Shown here: piece after piece, positions 44,818 through 53,345 of the stretch | Layout: every line of letters begins with the position of its first letter | How positions within the stretch are numbered: the first letter of the stretch is position 1 | Assembly (NCBI GenBank): GCA_037446495.1 | Contig: JBBIIL010000004.1 | Coordinates: forward strand, 11,916-75,915 | Direction: 5' to 3' | Origin: Chloroflexota bacterium | GTDB lineage: Bacteria > Chloroflexota > Limnocylindria > Limnocylindrales > CSP1-4 | Length of the DNA stretch: 64,000 bases | Notes under the pieces: generated by a model | Told to the model about the DNA's origin: nothing | What the model saw: only the letters and a program-made list of their open reading frames with translations | The model's database searches: none | Position numbers and translations under genes: made by a program

Positions 44818-45162
44818 ATGCACTTCTACGAGCTCCACGAAGGCGAGGACGACGTCTTCTCCGATCTCCTTCTCGCACGCGAGGAGGAGATGGACCCGGA
44901 GGAGTTCTTCGAGCTCGTCCAGAGCATCCGCCGTCGCGTCATCGACACGTTCGAGCAGAGCACCCTGGTCGAGGCGATCGCGGACGAGCTGGAGGAGAAC
45001 TACGACTTCCTCGTGATCACCGATGAACGCCTGACGGCCGCGGTGAACGTGTCCAAGGAGGACGAGGAGAACTTCCTCGCCGACCTCGACGCACCCGAGG
45101 AGGGTACCGACTACACGTCAATCTTGGCGGACCTCCAGGCTGGCGACCCCCGCCTGAACTAG
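44818..45162 (+). CDS. Small highly acidic hypothetical protein
   Basis: 114 aa from ATG 44818 (GAGG 7 nt upstream), or 129 aa from ATG 44773. About a third of residues are Asp/Glu (EGEDDVFSDLLLAREEEMDPEEFFELV...). TATACT lies at 44754-44759. Third-position GC is high, consistent with coding. Confidence 0.65.
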   Translation: MHFYELHEGEDDVFSDLLLAREEEMDPEEFFELVQSIRRRVIDTFEQSTLVEAIADELEENYDFLVITDERLTAAVNVSKEDEENFLADLDAPEEGTDYTSILADLQAGDPRLN

Positions 45163-45228
45163 GCGGTCCCGCGCTGCGGGGCACTCGACGGACGGCCGAG
45201 TTGCACCCGTCCTGCGGTGCATGGGAGC

Positions 45229-45696
45229 TCAGCCCTCGGCCAGCGTCCGCTGCATCAGCAGCAGGTCGTCCCGGGCCGCCCATCCCGTGGCGCGCCAGAA
45301 CGCCTGGCCGGGGGTGTTGGTGGCGTACACGAAGATGTTCGCCTTGCCGATGCCGAGATCCCGCAGCGCAGCGAGGCACCGCTCGACCAGCTCGCGCCCC
45401 AGCCCTCGGCCGCGCTCGGCCGGCACGACCGCCAGGTGGTACAGGCTGGCTCGACGGCCATCGTGGCCGCACATGACCGCCCCGACCACGGCCTCGCCCC
45501 GGACCGCGACCAGGCTGAGTCCCCTGTTCCGCTCGAGGAACGCCGCGACGTCCTGCCGCTCATCGCCCACCGCCAGCCCGATGCCCTCCGTGGCGAGCCA
45601 GAGGGCCATCACCGCATCGTAGTCGCCGACAGTCATCGTGCGAATCCGGACCTCGTCGCCAGTCATCGCGCGATTCCGGACCTCGTCGTCGGCCAC
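45229..45696 (-). CDS. GNAT-family N-acetyltransferase
   Basis: The acetyl-CoA motif is LAVVPAERGRGLGRELV. Three candidate starts (GTG 45696, ATG 45666, ATG 45636) arise from a 30-bp tandem duplication. Confidence 0.85.
   Translation of the reverse strand: MADDEVRNRAMTGDEVRIRTMTVGDYDAVMALWLATEGIGLAVGDERQDVAAFLERNRGLSLVAVRGEAVVGAVMCGHDGRRASLYHLAVVPAERGRGLGRELVERCLAALRDLGIGKANIFVYATNTPGQAFWRATGWAARDDLLLMQRTLAEG
45631..45690. repeat. 30-bp tandem direct duplication (27/30 identical) across the GNAT start region
   Basis: AGTCATCGTGCGAATCCGGACCTCGTCGCC (45631-45660) is followed directly by AGTCATCGCGCGATTCCGGACCTCGTCGTC (45661-45690). Confidence 0.95.
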
Positions 45697-45708
45697 GCCC
45701 TGCGACCT

Positions 45709-46812
45709 CTACTTGCTGAACAGGATCTCGATGACGTCGCCGTCACGGACGCGATACGTCTTGCCCTCCGAGCGCACCTTGCCGTGCCGCTTGGCCTCGG
45801 CCATCGATCCGATGGCGAGCAGGTCCTCGTAGCCGATCGTCTCGGCGCGGATGAACCCGCGGGCGAGGTCCGTGTGGATGGCGCCAGCCGCGTCCACGGC
45901 GTTGGACCCGTCGGGGATCGGCCATGCGCGCACCTCGTCTGGGCCGGCCGTGAGGAAGGAGATCAGCCCGACCAGCCGATACGACAGCGCGATCACACGG
46001 TCGAGGCTGGACTCGTGGAGGCCAAGCTCCTCCATGAACACGGCAGCCTCATCTGGCTCGAGCTCGCCGAGCTCCATCTCGATCCGGGCAGAGAGCGCAT
46101 CGACCAGGGCGTGCTGGTGTCGGTAGCCGCCCGCGATGGACTCGATCAGCGCCGGCGCCTTGGCGAGGTCGGCCTCGCCCACGTTGAGCAGCATGAGCAC
46201 CGGCTTCTGGGTCAGGAACCGGTAGCCGCGGAGCGCCTTCTCCTCGTCCTCGTCGAGGGACTCGTCACGGATGGCGCGACCGGCCTCCAGGGCGGGCTTC
46301 AGGCGCGCCAGGAGGACCTCCTCGCGCTCGTTCGCCTCGCGCTCGGCGGGCGTCCCGTGGCGCCCGGAGGCCCTGAGGCGCTCGAGGCGGCGGTCCACCA
46401 TCGCAAGGTCGGCCAGGATGAACTCGAGATCCAGCTGCTCGAGGTCCCGCACCGGGTCCACCGAGCCAGCAGGGTGCGGGCGCGCGGCGTCGTCCCACGC
46501 GCGCACGACGTGGAGCAGCGCGTCGCTGTCGCGGAGCCGGGCGAGGTGCTCGGCCGGGAGCTCGTCGGTGCCGACGTGGAACTCCGTCGCGGCCGGCGGC
46601 GCGGGCAGGTCCACATACGTGACGTCGGCATGCACGATCTTCTTGGGCTTGAACACCGCCGCCAGCCGATCGAGGCGCGGGTCGGGCACCTTGACGACGC
46701 CGACGTTGAGCTGGAGCCCGCCATAGCCGCCCGTCTCGGCGTGGCCCCGGGTGAGCGTGTTGAACACGGTGGTCTTGCCGCACCCGGCAAGCCCGACGAT
46801 GGCGATCTGCAT
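45709..46812 (-). CDS. ychF: Ribosome-binding ATPase YchF
   Basis: 367 aa with a P-loop (IVGLAGCGKTTVFN), a central coiled-coil insert and a C-terminal TGS-like domain (KTYRVRDGDVIEILF). Confidence 0.92.
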   Translation of the reverse strand: MQIAIVGLAGCGKTTVFNTLTRGHAETGGYGGLQLNVGVVKVPDPRLDRLAAVFKPKKIVHADVTYVDLPAPPAATEFHVGTDELPAEHLARLRDSDALLHVVRAWDDAARPHPAGSVDPVRDLEQLDLEFILADLAMVDRRLERLRASGRHGTPAEREANEREEVLLARLKPALEAGRAIRDESLDEDEEKALRGYRFLTQKPVLMLLNVGEADLAKAPALIESIAGGYRHQHALVDALSARIEMELGELEPDEAAVFMEELGLHESSLDRVIALSYRLVGLISFLTAGPDEVRAWPIPDGSNAVDAAGAIHTDLARGFIRAETIGYEDLLAIGSMAEAKRHGKVRSEGKTYRVRDGDVIEILFSK

Positions 46813-46868
46813 GCCCTGATGCTACCCGGCGCGGGGACGGCGGCCGGCCCCGTCCAGCCAGGCGCCCG

Positions 46869-47933
46869 TCAGTACCCGGCCGAGGGGTCCACCACGTTGA
46901 CCAGGCTCCGGCCCTGGGCATAGCGGCGCAGGTTCTCGGCGAACAAGTCCACCGAGCGGTCGAGCACGCGCGTCGACGACCATGACGTGTGCGGCGTGAT
47001 GATCAAGTTGGGCACGTCGTACAGCGGCGAGGCGGGCGGCAGCGGCTCCTCGAGGAACGTGTCGAGCACCGCCCCCCCGAGCCGGCCGTCGCGCAGGGCG
47101 CGGGCCAGCGCGCGCTCGTCGACCAGTTCTCCCCGGGCCACGTTGATCACCCAGGCGCCCGGCTTCATCCGAGCCAGCGCCGCATCGGAAATCAGTCCCC
47201 GTGTCCCCTCGGTCAGGGGCGCCGCCAGGACGATGAAGTCGCACTCGGCCAGCATCTCGGGCAGGTGCTCGGGCGGCAGGACGCGGTCGAGCATCAGCGT
47301 GCCGAGGAACGGCTCGTCGCCGGCGCCGTCGGACGCGTCCGCGCCCGCCTCGGGTCGCCGGCGCGTGGCCATCACGCGGCAGCCGAATGCCGTTGCCAGG
47401 GCGCCCACCGCCCGGCCGATGGACCCGAGGCCTACGATCCCCACCGTGATGTCGCGCAGCTCGCGCGCCTCGAGCGGCTGCCACGTTCGCTCGGCCTGGA
47501 GCTCGAGCAGCTGGGGCAGGCGGCGCGCGGCCGAGAGGATCATCAGCATCACGTACTCGGCGATCGGCCGGCTGAAGACCCCGCGGGCGTTGGTGATCAC
47601 CAGGCCCCGGGCGCGCGACGCCGGCGTGAGCACCCGCTCCACCCCGGCCGTGGCCGAGTGCACCCACCGGAGGAGCGGCGCGCGGGCGAGGATCCGGTCG
47701 AAGGTCTCAGCCGGGAGACGCCCGCGGAGCATCACCTCCACGTCGTCCAGCGGGCCGTCGGGATGCCCGTCGAAGCCGATGGTCACCAGGCGCGAGCCGG
47801 GTGCCGCCTCGCGGATCGCCTCGATGTCGCGGGTCCGGTAGCGCGCCGCCAGGATGGGCGTGAGCGCGATCGCGGAGGGTGCGCCGTCTGGCCGGGACCC
47901 GGGGCCCGGCGCATGCGAGGCTGCGTCCGTCAC
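46869..47933 (-). CDS. D-isomer-specific 2-hydroxyacid dehydrogenase family protein
   Basis: NAD motif VGIVGLGSIGRAVG and catalytic region NVARGELVDE...IITPHTS. GTG 47933 overlaps the upstream stop (GTGA). The track start is 47978. Confidence 0.85.
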   Translation of the reverse strand: MTDAASHAPGPGSRPDGAPSAIALTPILAARYRTRDIEAIREAAPGSRLVTIGFDGHPDGPLDDVEVMLRGRLPAETFDRILARAPLLRWVHSATAGVERVLTPASRARGLVITNARGVFSRPIAEYVMLMILSAARRLPQLLELQAERTWQPLEARELRDITVGIVGLGSIGRAVGALATAFGCRVMATRRRPEAGADASDGAGDEPFLGTLMLDRVLPPEHLPEMLAECDFIVLAAPLTEGTRGLISDAALARMKPGAWVINVARGELVDERALARALRDGRLGGAVLDTFLEEPLPPASPLYDVPNLIITPHTSWSSTRVLDRSVDLFAENLRRYAQGRSLVNVVDPSAGY

Positions 47934-49168
47934 GCCGTCCCTCCCGTTCCCGCTCGCTGTCCCATGCGGCGCACCCACGCCGCCGGATGATCCATCTCAT
48001 CGGGCGTCGGCAGCGACTCGGGCCCCTCCCACAGCTGGCGCAGCGCCCCCGCACCGCCCAGTTCCTCGATCGCGGCCACGAAGGCCTCGCCCCTGCGGTA
48101 CTGCTCCATCTTGAGGTCCATGCCCGTGATCCGGAGCATGGCCCGCTCAAACGGCGTGCGGTTCGCGCGCCGACCGTGGAAGCGAGCGGAGATGCGCGCG
48201 TGGCCCGGGACCAAGTCCTTGCCCACGGCGTCCATGACGTGGTCCCCGAATCCCTCGAGCAGGCTCATCACCGCCTGCGTCTCACGGAAGACCTCACGCT
48301 GCTGGGCGGTCATCAGCCGCTCGAGCCAGTGCTGGTCGTCGCGACGGCCCGCGCCCCGGATCGACGCCCCCACCTGGCGCATGGCGTCGCGGCCCAGCCC
48401 TGCGGCGTCATCGCTGAACATGGAGATCTGCCGCTCCAGGCGCGAGGCGAGATACGGCCGCAGCCAGGGGTGCGCCTCGAACTCGTAGGCGTGGGTGGTC
48501 TCGTGGAGCGCGATCCAGATCCGGAACGGCTCGAGCGGCACGTCCATGGCCCTTGCCGCCGCCCGGATGTTCTCCTCAACGAACAGCAGCCTGCCGGGCG
48601 TGGTCTCGGCCGAGATCAGGGCGATGTCGTACTGGCCCAGCACGCGCTGACCCAGGAACCCGAGCAGCACGCCCATCTGGGCCGTCGTGACCCAGCGGTT
48701 CGCCAGGGTCATCGCCGCTTTCGTCACGCCGGCGCCGGGCGGCAGCAACTGGTCCAGCAGCCCCACCTCGATTCTGCCCATGAGCGACGCGAACGCGGCC
48801 GTGTTGGCCTGCACCCACTGGCCGCGATCCACCACGGCGACGCGGTCCACGACGCCGGGCAGGTCCGCCCCGAGGTGCGCCTCGAGCGCGGGCACGACCC
48901 TCGACATGGCGGCTGCGTAGGACGATTCGGCGGCGTCGAGGTCCCAGCGCTCGAGCGCGCCCGGCGCCCGGCGCAACCTCGCCACCGCGACCCGCTCGAC
49001 ACGGTCCCAGTCCACGAGGCCGGCTGCCCGGGCGTGACGCTCGATGCGCCGCTCGGCAACCGTCAGCGCGGCGCCCACCACCAGCCCGATGGCGAACCCA
49101 GCCGGCCGGATGCGCGAGGCCAGCCCGGCCCCCGGTCGGGCCTCCCCGCCGCGGTCCGCCGAGCTCAC
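47930..49168 (-). CDS. Zinc-dependent metalloprotease, DUF2342-like
   Basis: 412 aa with the HExxH site in WIALHETTHAYEF. GTG 49168 overlaps the murI stop (GTGA). Confidence 0.75.
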   Translation of the reverse strand: MSSADRGGEARPGAGLASRIRPAGFAIGLVVGAALTVAERRIERHARAAGLVDWDRVERVAVARLRRAPGALERWDLDAAESSYAAAMSRVVPALEAHLGADLPGVVDRVAVVDRGQWVQANTAAFASLMGRIEVGLLDQLLPPGAGVTKAAMTLANRWVTTAQMGVLLGFLGQRVLGQYDIALISAETTPGRLLFVEENIRAAARAMDVPLEPFRIWIALHETTHAYEFEAHPWLRPYLASRLERQISMFSDDAAGLGRDAMRQVGASIRGAGRRDDQHWLERLMTAQQREVFRETQAVMSLLEGFGDHVMDAVGKDLVPGHARISARFHGRRANRTPFERAMLRITGMDLKMEQYRRGEAFVAAIEELGGAGALRQLWEGPESLPTPDEMDHPAAWVRRMGQRAGTGGTA

Positions 49169-50085
49169 GCGCCGTCCGCCAGCTCGATGCCCCCGACGTC
49201 AGGGAACGCCTCGCCGAACATGCGCGAGGCGATCGAGGTGAACCGTGCCACGTCGCCGGTGGTCAGCTGGACGTGCGTCGGCGGAGGTCCATAGGTCTCG
49301 GCGGGTCGCGAGTGGCCGGCCTTGCCCGGGTCTGCAGCAGTCCCGCGAGTCGTGCCCGGCGCCTCGAGGCCGTTGACCGAGAGGAGTTCCGCCAGCGTTG
49401 CCGCCGTGGCCGTGGCCGAGTCCACGATCGCCACCCGGTCGCCCACGGCAGCAGCCAGCACCGGCCGCAGCAGCGGGTAGTGCGTGCAGCCCAGGAGCAG
49501 CGTGTCGATCTTGGCTGACGGAGGGCGCGGGAACACGAACTCCCCGGCGCCGTCGCGCTCGCCCAGCAGCGGCGTCAACTCCTCGGCCACCACGGCCTCG
49601 AGCTCGGCGCCGGAAAGGACGCCCGCCTCGACCATCGGCACGAACTTGGGCGTCGCGTGCTCGTAGACCTCCACCGCGGGGTTCTCGTCCTTGATCGCGT
49701 TGAAGTAGGCGTGGGAGCGCACCGTTGCCGGCGTGGCGATGACGCCGACACGACGATTTCGCGTGGCCAGGGCGGCGGCCGCGGCCCCGGGTCGCACGAC
49801 CCCGAGCACCGGGAGGTCGTAGCGGGCGCGCAGGGCCCGGAGCGCCACCGCGGTCGAGGTGTTGCACGCGACGACGAGCGCCTTGACGTCGCGCTCCGCG
49901 AGCGCGTCGAGGGCCTGCGCCGAGAAGCGCAGCACCTCTTCGTCGGAGCGCGTGCCGTAGGGCGCCCGGAGATTGTCGCCGAGGTAGACCGTGGACTCGT
50001 GTGGCGAGCGACGCAGGATCTCGCGGAGGACGGTGAGCCCGCCGACGCCCGAGTCGAAGACGCCGATGGGACGAGGGTCGGACAC
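49165..50085 (-). CDS. murI: Glutamate racemase
   Basis: Motifs VFDSGVGGLTV, VVACNTS and LGCTHYP. GTG start at 50085. Confidence 0.93.
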   Translation of the reverse strand: MSDPRPIGVFDSGVGGLTVLREILRRSPHESTVYLGDNLRAPYGTRSDEEVLRFSAQALDALAERDVKALVVACNTSTAVALRALRARYDLPVLGVVRPGAAAAALATRNRRVGVIATPATVRSHAYFNAIKDENPAVEVYEHATPKFVPMVEAGVLSGAELEAVVAEELTPLLGERDGAGEFVFPRPPSAKIDTLLLGCTHYPLLRPVLAAAVGDRVAIVDSATATAATLAELLSVNGLEAPGTTRGTAADPGKAGHSRPAETYGPPPTHVQLTTGDVARFTSIASRMFGEAFPDVGGIELADGA

Positions 50086-50092
50086 GCTGACC

Positions 50093-51232
50093 CTACCGGC
50101 GAGCGGCCGCGGCGGCCGGGCGGCCGATCAGCTCCGCCGCCGTGCGGAAGATGTCCTGGCTGATCTGGGCGGTCGGGTCCGCGAGGACGAACGGGATGCC
50201 TTCGTTGTTGGCCCGCACGACCAGCGCCCCGCCGGACGACACCGCGTACTCCGGATTGCGCCCGAGTGCGTTCGTCAGCAGTTGCGGGTCGAAGCCGCCG
50301 CTTGAGTCGCTGCGATTGACCAGGTACCGAACCTTCGCGGGCGGGTAGCCGATCGCGCGGAAGGCGTCGGCCATGACCATCGTGCTGTGGATGGTCGTGG
50401 AGTCCCAGGTCACGACCTCGAGGATGGTGTCGGACGAATCCAGGAACGCGAGGTTGACGTCGTTGATGACCGCCGGCGTGTCCACGATGACCACCTGGTA
50501 GACGCGGCGCAGCAGCGAGAGCGTCTTCTCGAGGTCGCGGACGGTGACCATCTCGGCCAGCTCCACGCGAGGTGGCGCGAGGAGGATGTCGATCCCCGAC
50601 GGGTCGCGCCACAGCACGTCCTCGAGGTCCGACTCCTGGATGCGGTCGGTTGGCAGGTCCAGCAGCGACGGCGCGTCGAGCGGCACCTTCAACAGCGCCC
50701 GCATGTCGCCGAACTGCAGGCTCCCGTCGATCAGCACGGTGCGCAGGCCAGACTGGCCCACGGCCACCGCGAGGTTGAACGCGAGCGTCGTCTTGCCGAC
50801 CCCGCCCTTGGGCGCGAACAGGGTGACCATCCGGGCGCCGCCCTGCTGCTCTGCCTCGGCCGCGACCTGGCGCGCCTGCTGGATCCGGGTCACCAGCTCG
50901 TAGCCGGTGAACGGCATGGGCAGCACGGCGTGGATCCCGGTGGCAGGGTTCGGCTGCACGGGGTGCTGCGGCACCGTCAGCACGATGACGGGGACCAGGT
51001 TGCCCCCCTCGTGAAGCCTGGCGACCAGCTGCATCCCCTTCAGGCGACCCTGGAGCAGGGCGTCGATGAGGATCACGTCGGGGCGCAGTTCGTGGGCGAG
51101 CCCGGCGACCCGCGTCCCGTCGGTGACGACATCAAGGAGCTTGATCGCGGTCTGCGAGTTCAGGAGGCCGCGGATGTACTGCGCGACCTGCGGAACGTCC
51201 TCGACGACGAGCAAGCGGATCTGGTCCGGCAT
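50093..51232 (-). CDS. TadZ/CpaE-like ATPase with an atypical receiver domain
   Basis: ATG 51232 (MPDQIRLLVVEDV). The REC-like domain keeps Asp (VILIDA) and Thr (IVLT), but the conserved Lys is Met (LPMPF). The Walker A is canonical (APKGGVGKTT). The track ORF is over-extended by 123 codons. Confidence 0.8.
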   Translation of the reverse strand: MPDQIRLLVVEDVPQVAQYIRGLLNSQTAIKLLDVVTDGTRVAGLAHELRPDVILIDALLQGRLKGMQLVARLHEGGNLVPVIVLTVPQHPVQPNPATGIHAVLPMPFTGYELVTRIQQARQVAAEAEQQGGARMVTLFAPKGGVGKTTLAFNLAVAVGQSGLRTVLIDGSLQFGDMRALLKVPLDAPSLLDLPTDRIQESDLEDVLWRDPSGIDILLAPPRVELAEMVTVRDLEKTLSLLRRVYQVVIVDTPAVINDVNLAFLDSSDTILEVVTWDSTTIHSTMVMADAFRAIGYPPAKVRYLVNRSDSSGGFDPQLLTNALGRNPEYAVSSGGALVVRANNEGIPFVLADPTAQISQDIFRTAAELIGRPAAAAARR

Positions 51233-51309
51233 CGGCGCGACGATACCACGCAGAGCGAGCGTGACAGGCCCCCGATGGTCCCGGTTTCCCCGCCACCGGA
51301 CGGGGCTCG

Positions 51310-52098
51310 TCAGGGCTTGCGGGCGATGAGCACCGCGCGCTCGGCGCCGGGTCCCAGCGGCTCGAGGTCGTAGCCGCCGGCAAGCTCCTCCACGTCGAGC
51401 CCCGCGCCCTCGGCGAAGGCCACCAGGTCGTCGGGGCCGACGAGGCGGAGGCGGTCCGCGCGCACCCAGCGGAGGGGCGGCTGGCCCGCGACGCCCGACT
51501 CGAAGATGGTCGTCAGGCGGACCACTCCCGTGGCCGCGTCGTACTCCGCGGCACCGGACTTGGTGACCGTGTGGCCCGTCTCGGGATCGTCGCGGACCCA
51601 CTCCAGGACGAGGCGACCGTCATAGCGCGAGAGGTCGTCGGCGTCGGGCAGCCAAACGTCGAGCACCGCGAGTCCGCCCGGGGCCAGGTGCACCGCGAGC
51701 GTCCTGACGGCGGCCGCCTGGTCCGCGCGCGTGCCCATGAGGAAGATCGAGTTGAGCAGGACAGCAGCGAGCTGGTAGGTCCCCGCGTCCTCGAGTCGGA
51801 CCGTGCGCGCGTCGCCCTCCACCAGGTGAAGGCGGCGCAGGATCCCCTTCCCCGCGGCGTGCGCGGCGGCGCGCGCCCGGGCGAGCATCGCCGGGTCGAG
51901 GTCCACGCCGGTCACGTCGTACCCGCCCGCCGCCAGTGGCACGGCGATCCGCCCCGAGCCCACGGCCAGCTCCAGGATGGGACCCCCCGTCCGCGCCGCG
52001 AGGGCGAGGCACAGGTCAAGGTCGCCCGGGTCGGCCGCGAGGTCCAGGTCGTAGAGGCGGGCGAGCGCGTCGGCGGCACGCTCCGGGGCAGGGCTCAT
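51310..52098 (-). CDS. Class I SAM-dependent methyltransferase
   Basis: 262 aa with SAM motif I (ILELAVGSGRIAVPLA) and an acidic loop (VTGVDLD). Confidence 0.8.
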   Translation of the reverse strand: MSPAPERAADALARLYDLDLAADPGDLDLCLALAARTGGPILELAVGSGRIAVPLAAGGYDVTGVDLDPAMLARARAAAHAAGKGILRRLHLVEGDARTVRLEDAGTYQLAAVLLNSIFLMGTRADQAAAVRTLAVHLAPGGLAVLDVWLPDADDLSRYDGRLVLEWVRDDPETGHTVTKSGAAEYDAATGVVRLTTIFESGVAGQPPLRWVRADRLRLVGPDDLVAFAEGAGLDVEELAGGYDLEPLGPGAERAVLIARKP

Positions 52099-52105
52099 GC
52101 GCCCA

Positions 52106-53176
52106 TCATCGCCGGTCGGCGCCCTCGAAGCGAACCGGGTGCCCCGCGCGGCGCTTGTTGGCCAGCGCGCTGATGCACTCGAGCGCGATGCGGTTCGCGG
52201 CCATCGCCGTCACCTCGGCATGGTCGTACGGCGGCGACACCTCGACGATGTCCATGCCGGCGATCTCGACCTGCGACGCAATCCGCCGGACGGCGCGCAG
52301 GATCTCGCGCGGCAGGAAGCCGCCCGGCTCGGGCGTGCCGGTGCCGGGAGCGTTGCCCGGGTCGATGACGTCGATGTCCACGCTTAGGTAGATCGCGTCA
52401 GGACCGTCGAGCGCCTCGGCGATCGCATCATCGATGACGGCCTCGGCGCCCCGCTCCTCCACCTCGCGCATGAGGTGCCAGCGCAGGCCGTGGGCCTTCA
52501 TCCACTCGAAGGTCGCCACCGGCGGCCAGTATCCGCGCAGGCCCACCTGGACGAAGTTGGACCCCTTCACCGCGCCCGACTCGATCAGGCGGCGCATCGG
52601 CGTCCCGTGCCCGGCGAGCACGCCCCAGTCCTCGTTCGCGGTGTCAGCGTGGGCGTCGAAGTGGACGATGCCGATGCTGCCGGGGCGGCGGACCTCCGCG
52701 ACTGCGGTGGCGGAGGGCCAGGTGATCGAGTGGTCGCCGCCGAGCACGATCGGGATGGCGCCGCTGGCGGCCACGTCGCGGACCTTGCGGTAGATGAACG
52801 CGTGGGCCCGGTCGATCCAGGCCGGGACGATGTTCGCGTCGCCCGCGTCCACCACATTGAGGATCTCAAACGGCTCGACGCCCAGCTGGAGCGAGTGGAC
52901 CGAGCCGCTCGTGTACTGGGCGGCGCGGATGGCGCGCGGACCGAACCGGGCGCCGGACCGGTGGCTCACCGCGTCGTCGAACGGTGCGCCGACGATCGCG
53001 ATGTCCACGTTCCGCGCCCGCAGCTGCGCCGCGTCGGGCACCCAGGGGAGCTTCATGAAGGTCGGCAGGCCGACGTACGTGGGCAGGTCAAAGTCGTCGA
53101 ACGCCTCGTACTCGCGGTTCCAGCCGTTCTTGACGGCGAACTCACTCTCGTCGGCGTTGTGGGGACGCTCGGCCAC
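52106..53176 (-). CDS. speB: Agmatinase/ureohydrolase family protein
   Basis: Arginase-fold Mn ligand motifs are present: GGDHSIT, HFDAHADT and SVDIDVIDP. GTG 53176 is preceded by GGAGGA at 4 nt. Substrate (agmatine versus guanidino acids) is not determinable from sequence. Confidence 0.85.
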   Translation of the reverse strand: MAERPHNADESEFAVKNGWNREYEAFDDFDLPTYVGLPTFMKLPWVPDAAQLRARNVDIAIVGAPFDDAVSHRSGARFGPRAIRAAQYTSGSVHSLQLGVEPFEILNVVDAGDANIVPAWIDRAHAFIYRKVRDVAASGAIPIVLGGDHSITWPSATAVAEVRRPGSIGIVHFDAHADTANEDWGVLAGHGTPMRRLIESGAVKGSNFVQVGLRGYWPPVATFEWMKAHGLRWHLMREVEERGAEAVIDDAIAEALDGPDAIYLSVDIDVIDPGNAPGTGTPEPGGFLPREILRAVRRIASQVEIAGMDIVEVSPPYDHAEVTAMAANRIALECISALANKRRAGHPVRFEGADRR

Positions 53177-53308
53177 GGTGTCCTCCGCAGCGGGGTCGGT
53201 CCGGTGGGCTTCAGGTGCCCAGCGCGGTCGTCGCCGCCTGGCTCGCGGGCGCCGCCGGTTCGGGACTGCCGTCCAGCGGGGCGCGCCGTGCGGCATGGTA
53301 CCCGGTCG

Positions 53309-53322
53309 CAACGTTCACGTGA
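53309..53322. promoter_or_regulatory. Second copy of the 14-mer CAACGTTCACGTGA from the merR operator, upstream of the agmatinase gene
   Basis: It is identical to 4124-4137. It lies 133-146 nt upstream of GTG 53176 and 24-37 nt downstream of the M20D stop. The flanks form GCAA...TTGC. Confidence 0.3.
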
Positions 53323-53345
53323 TTGCCCGGACTTCGCGGGCGCTG

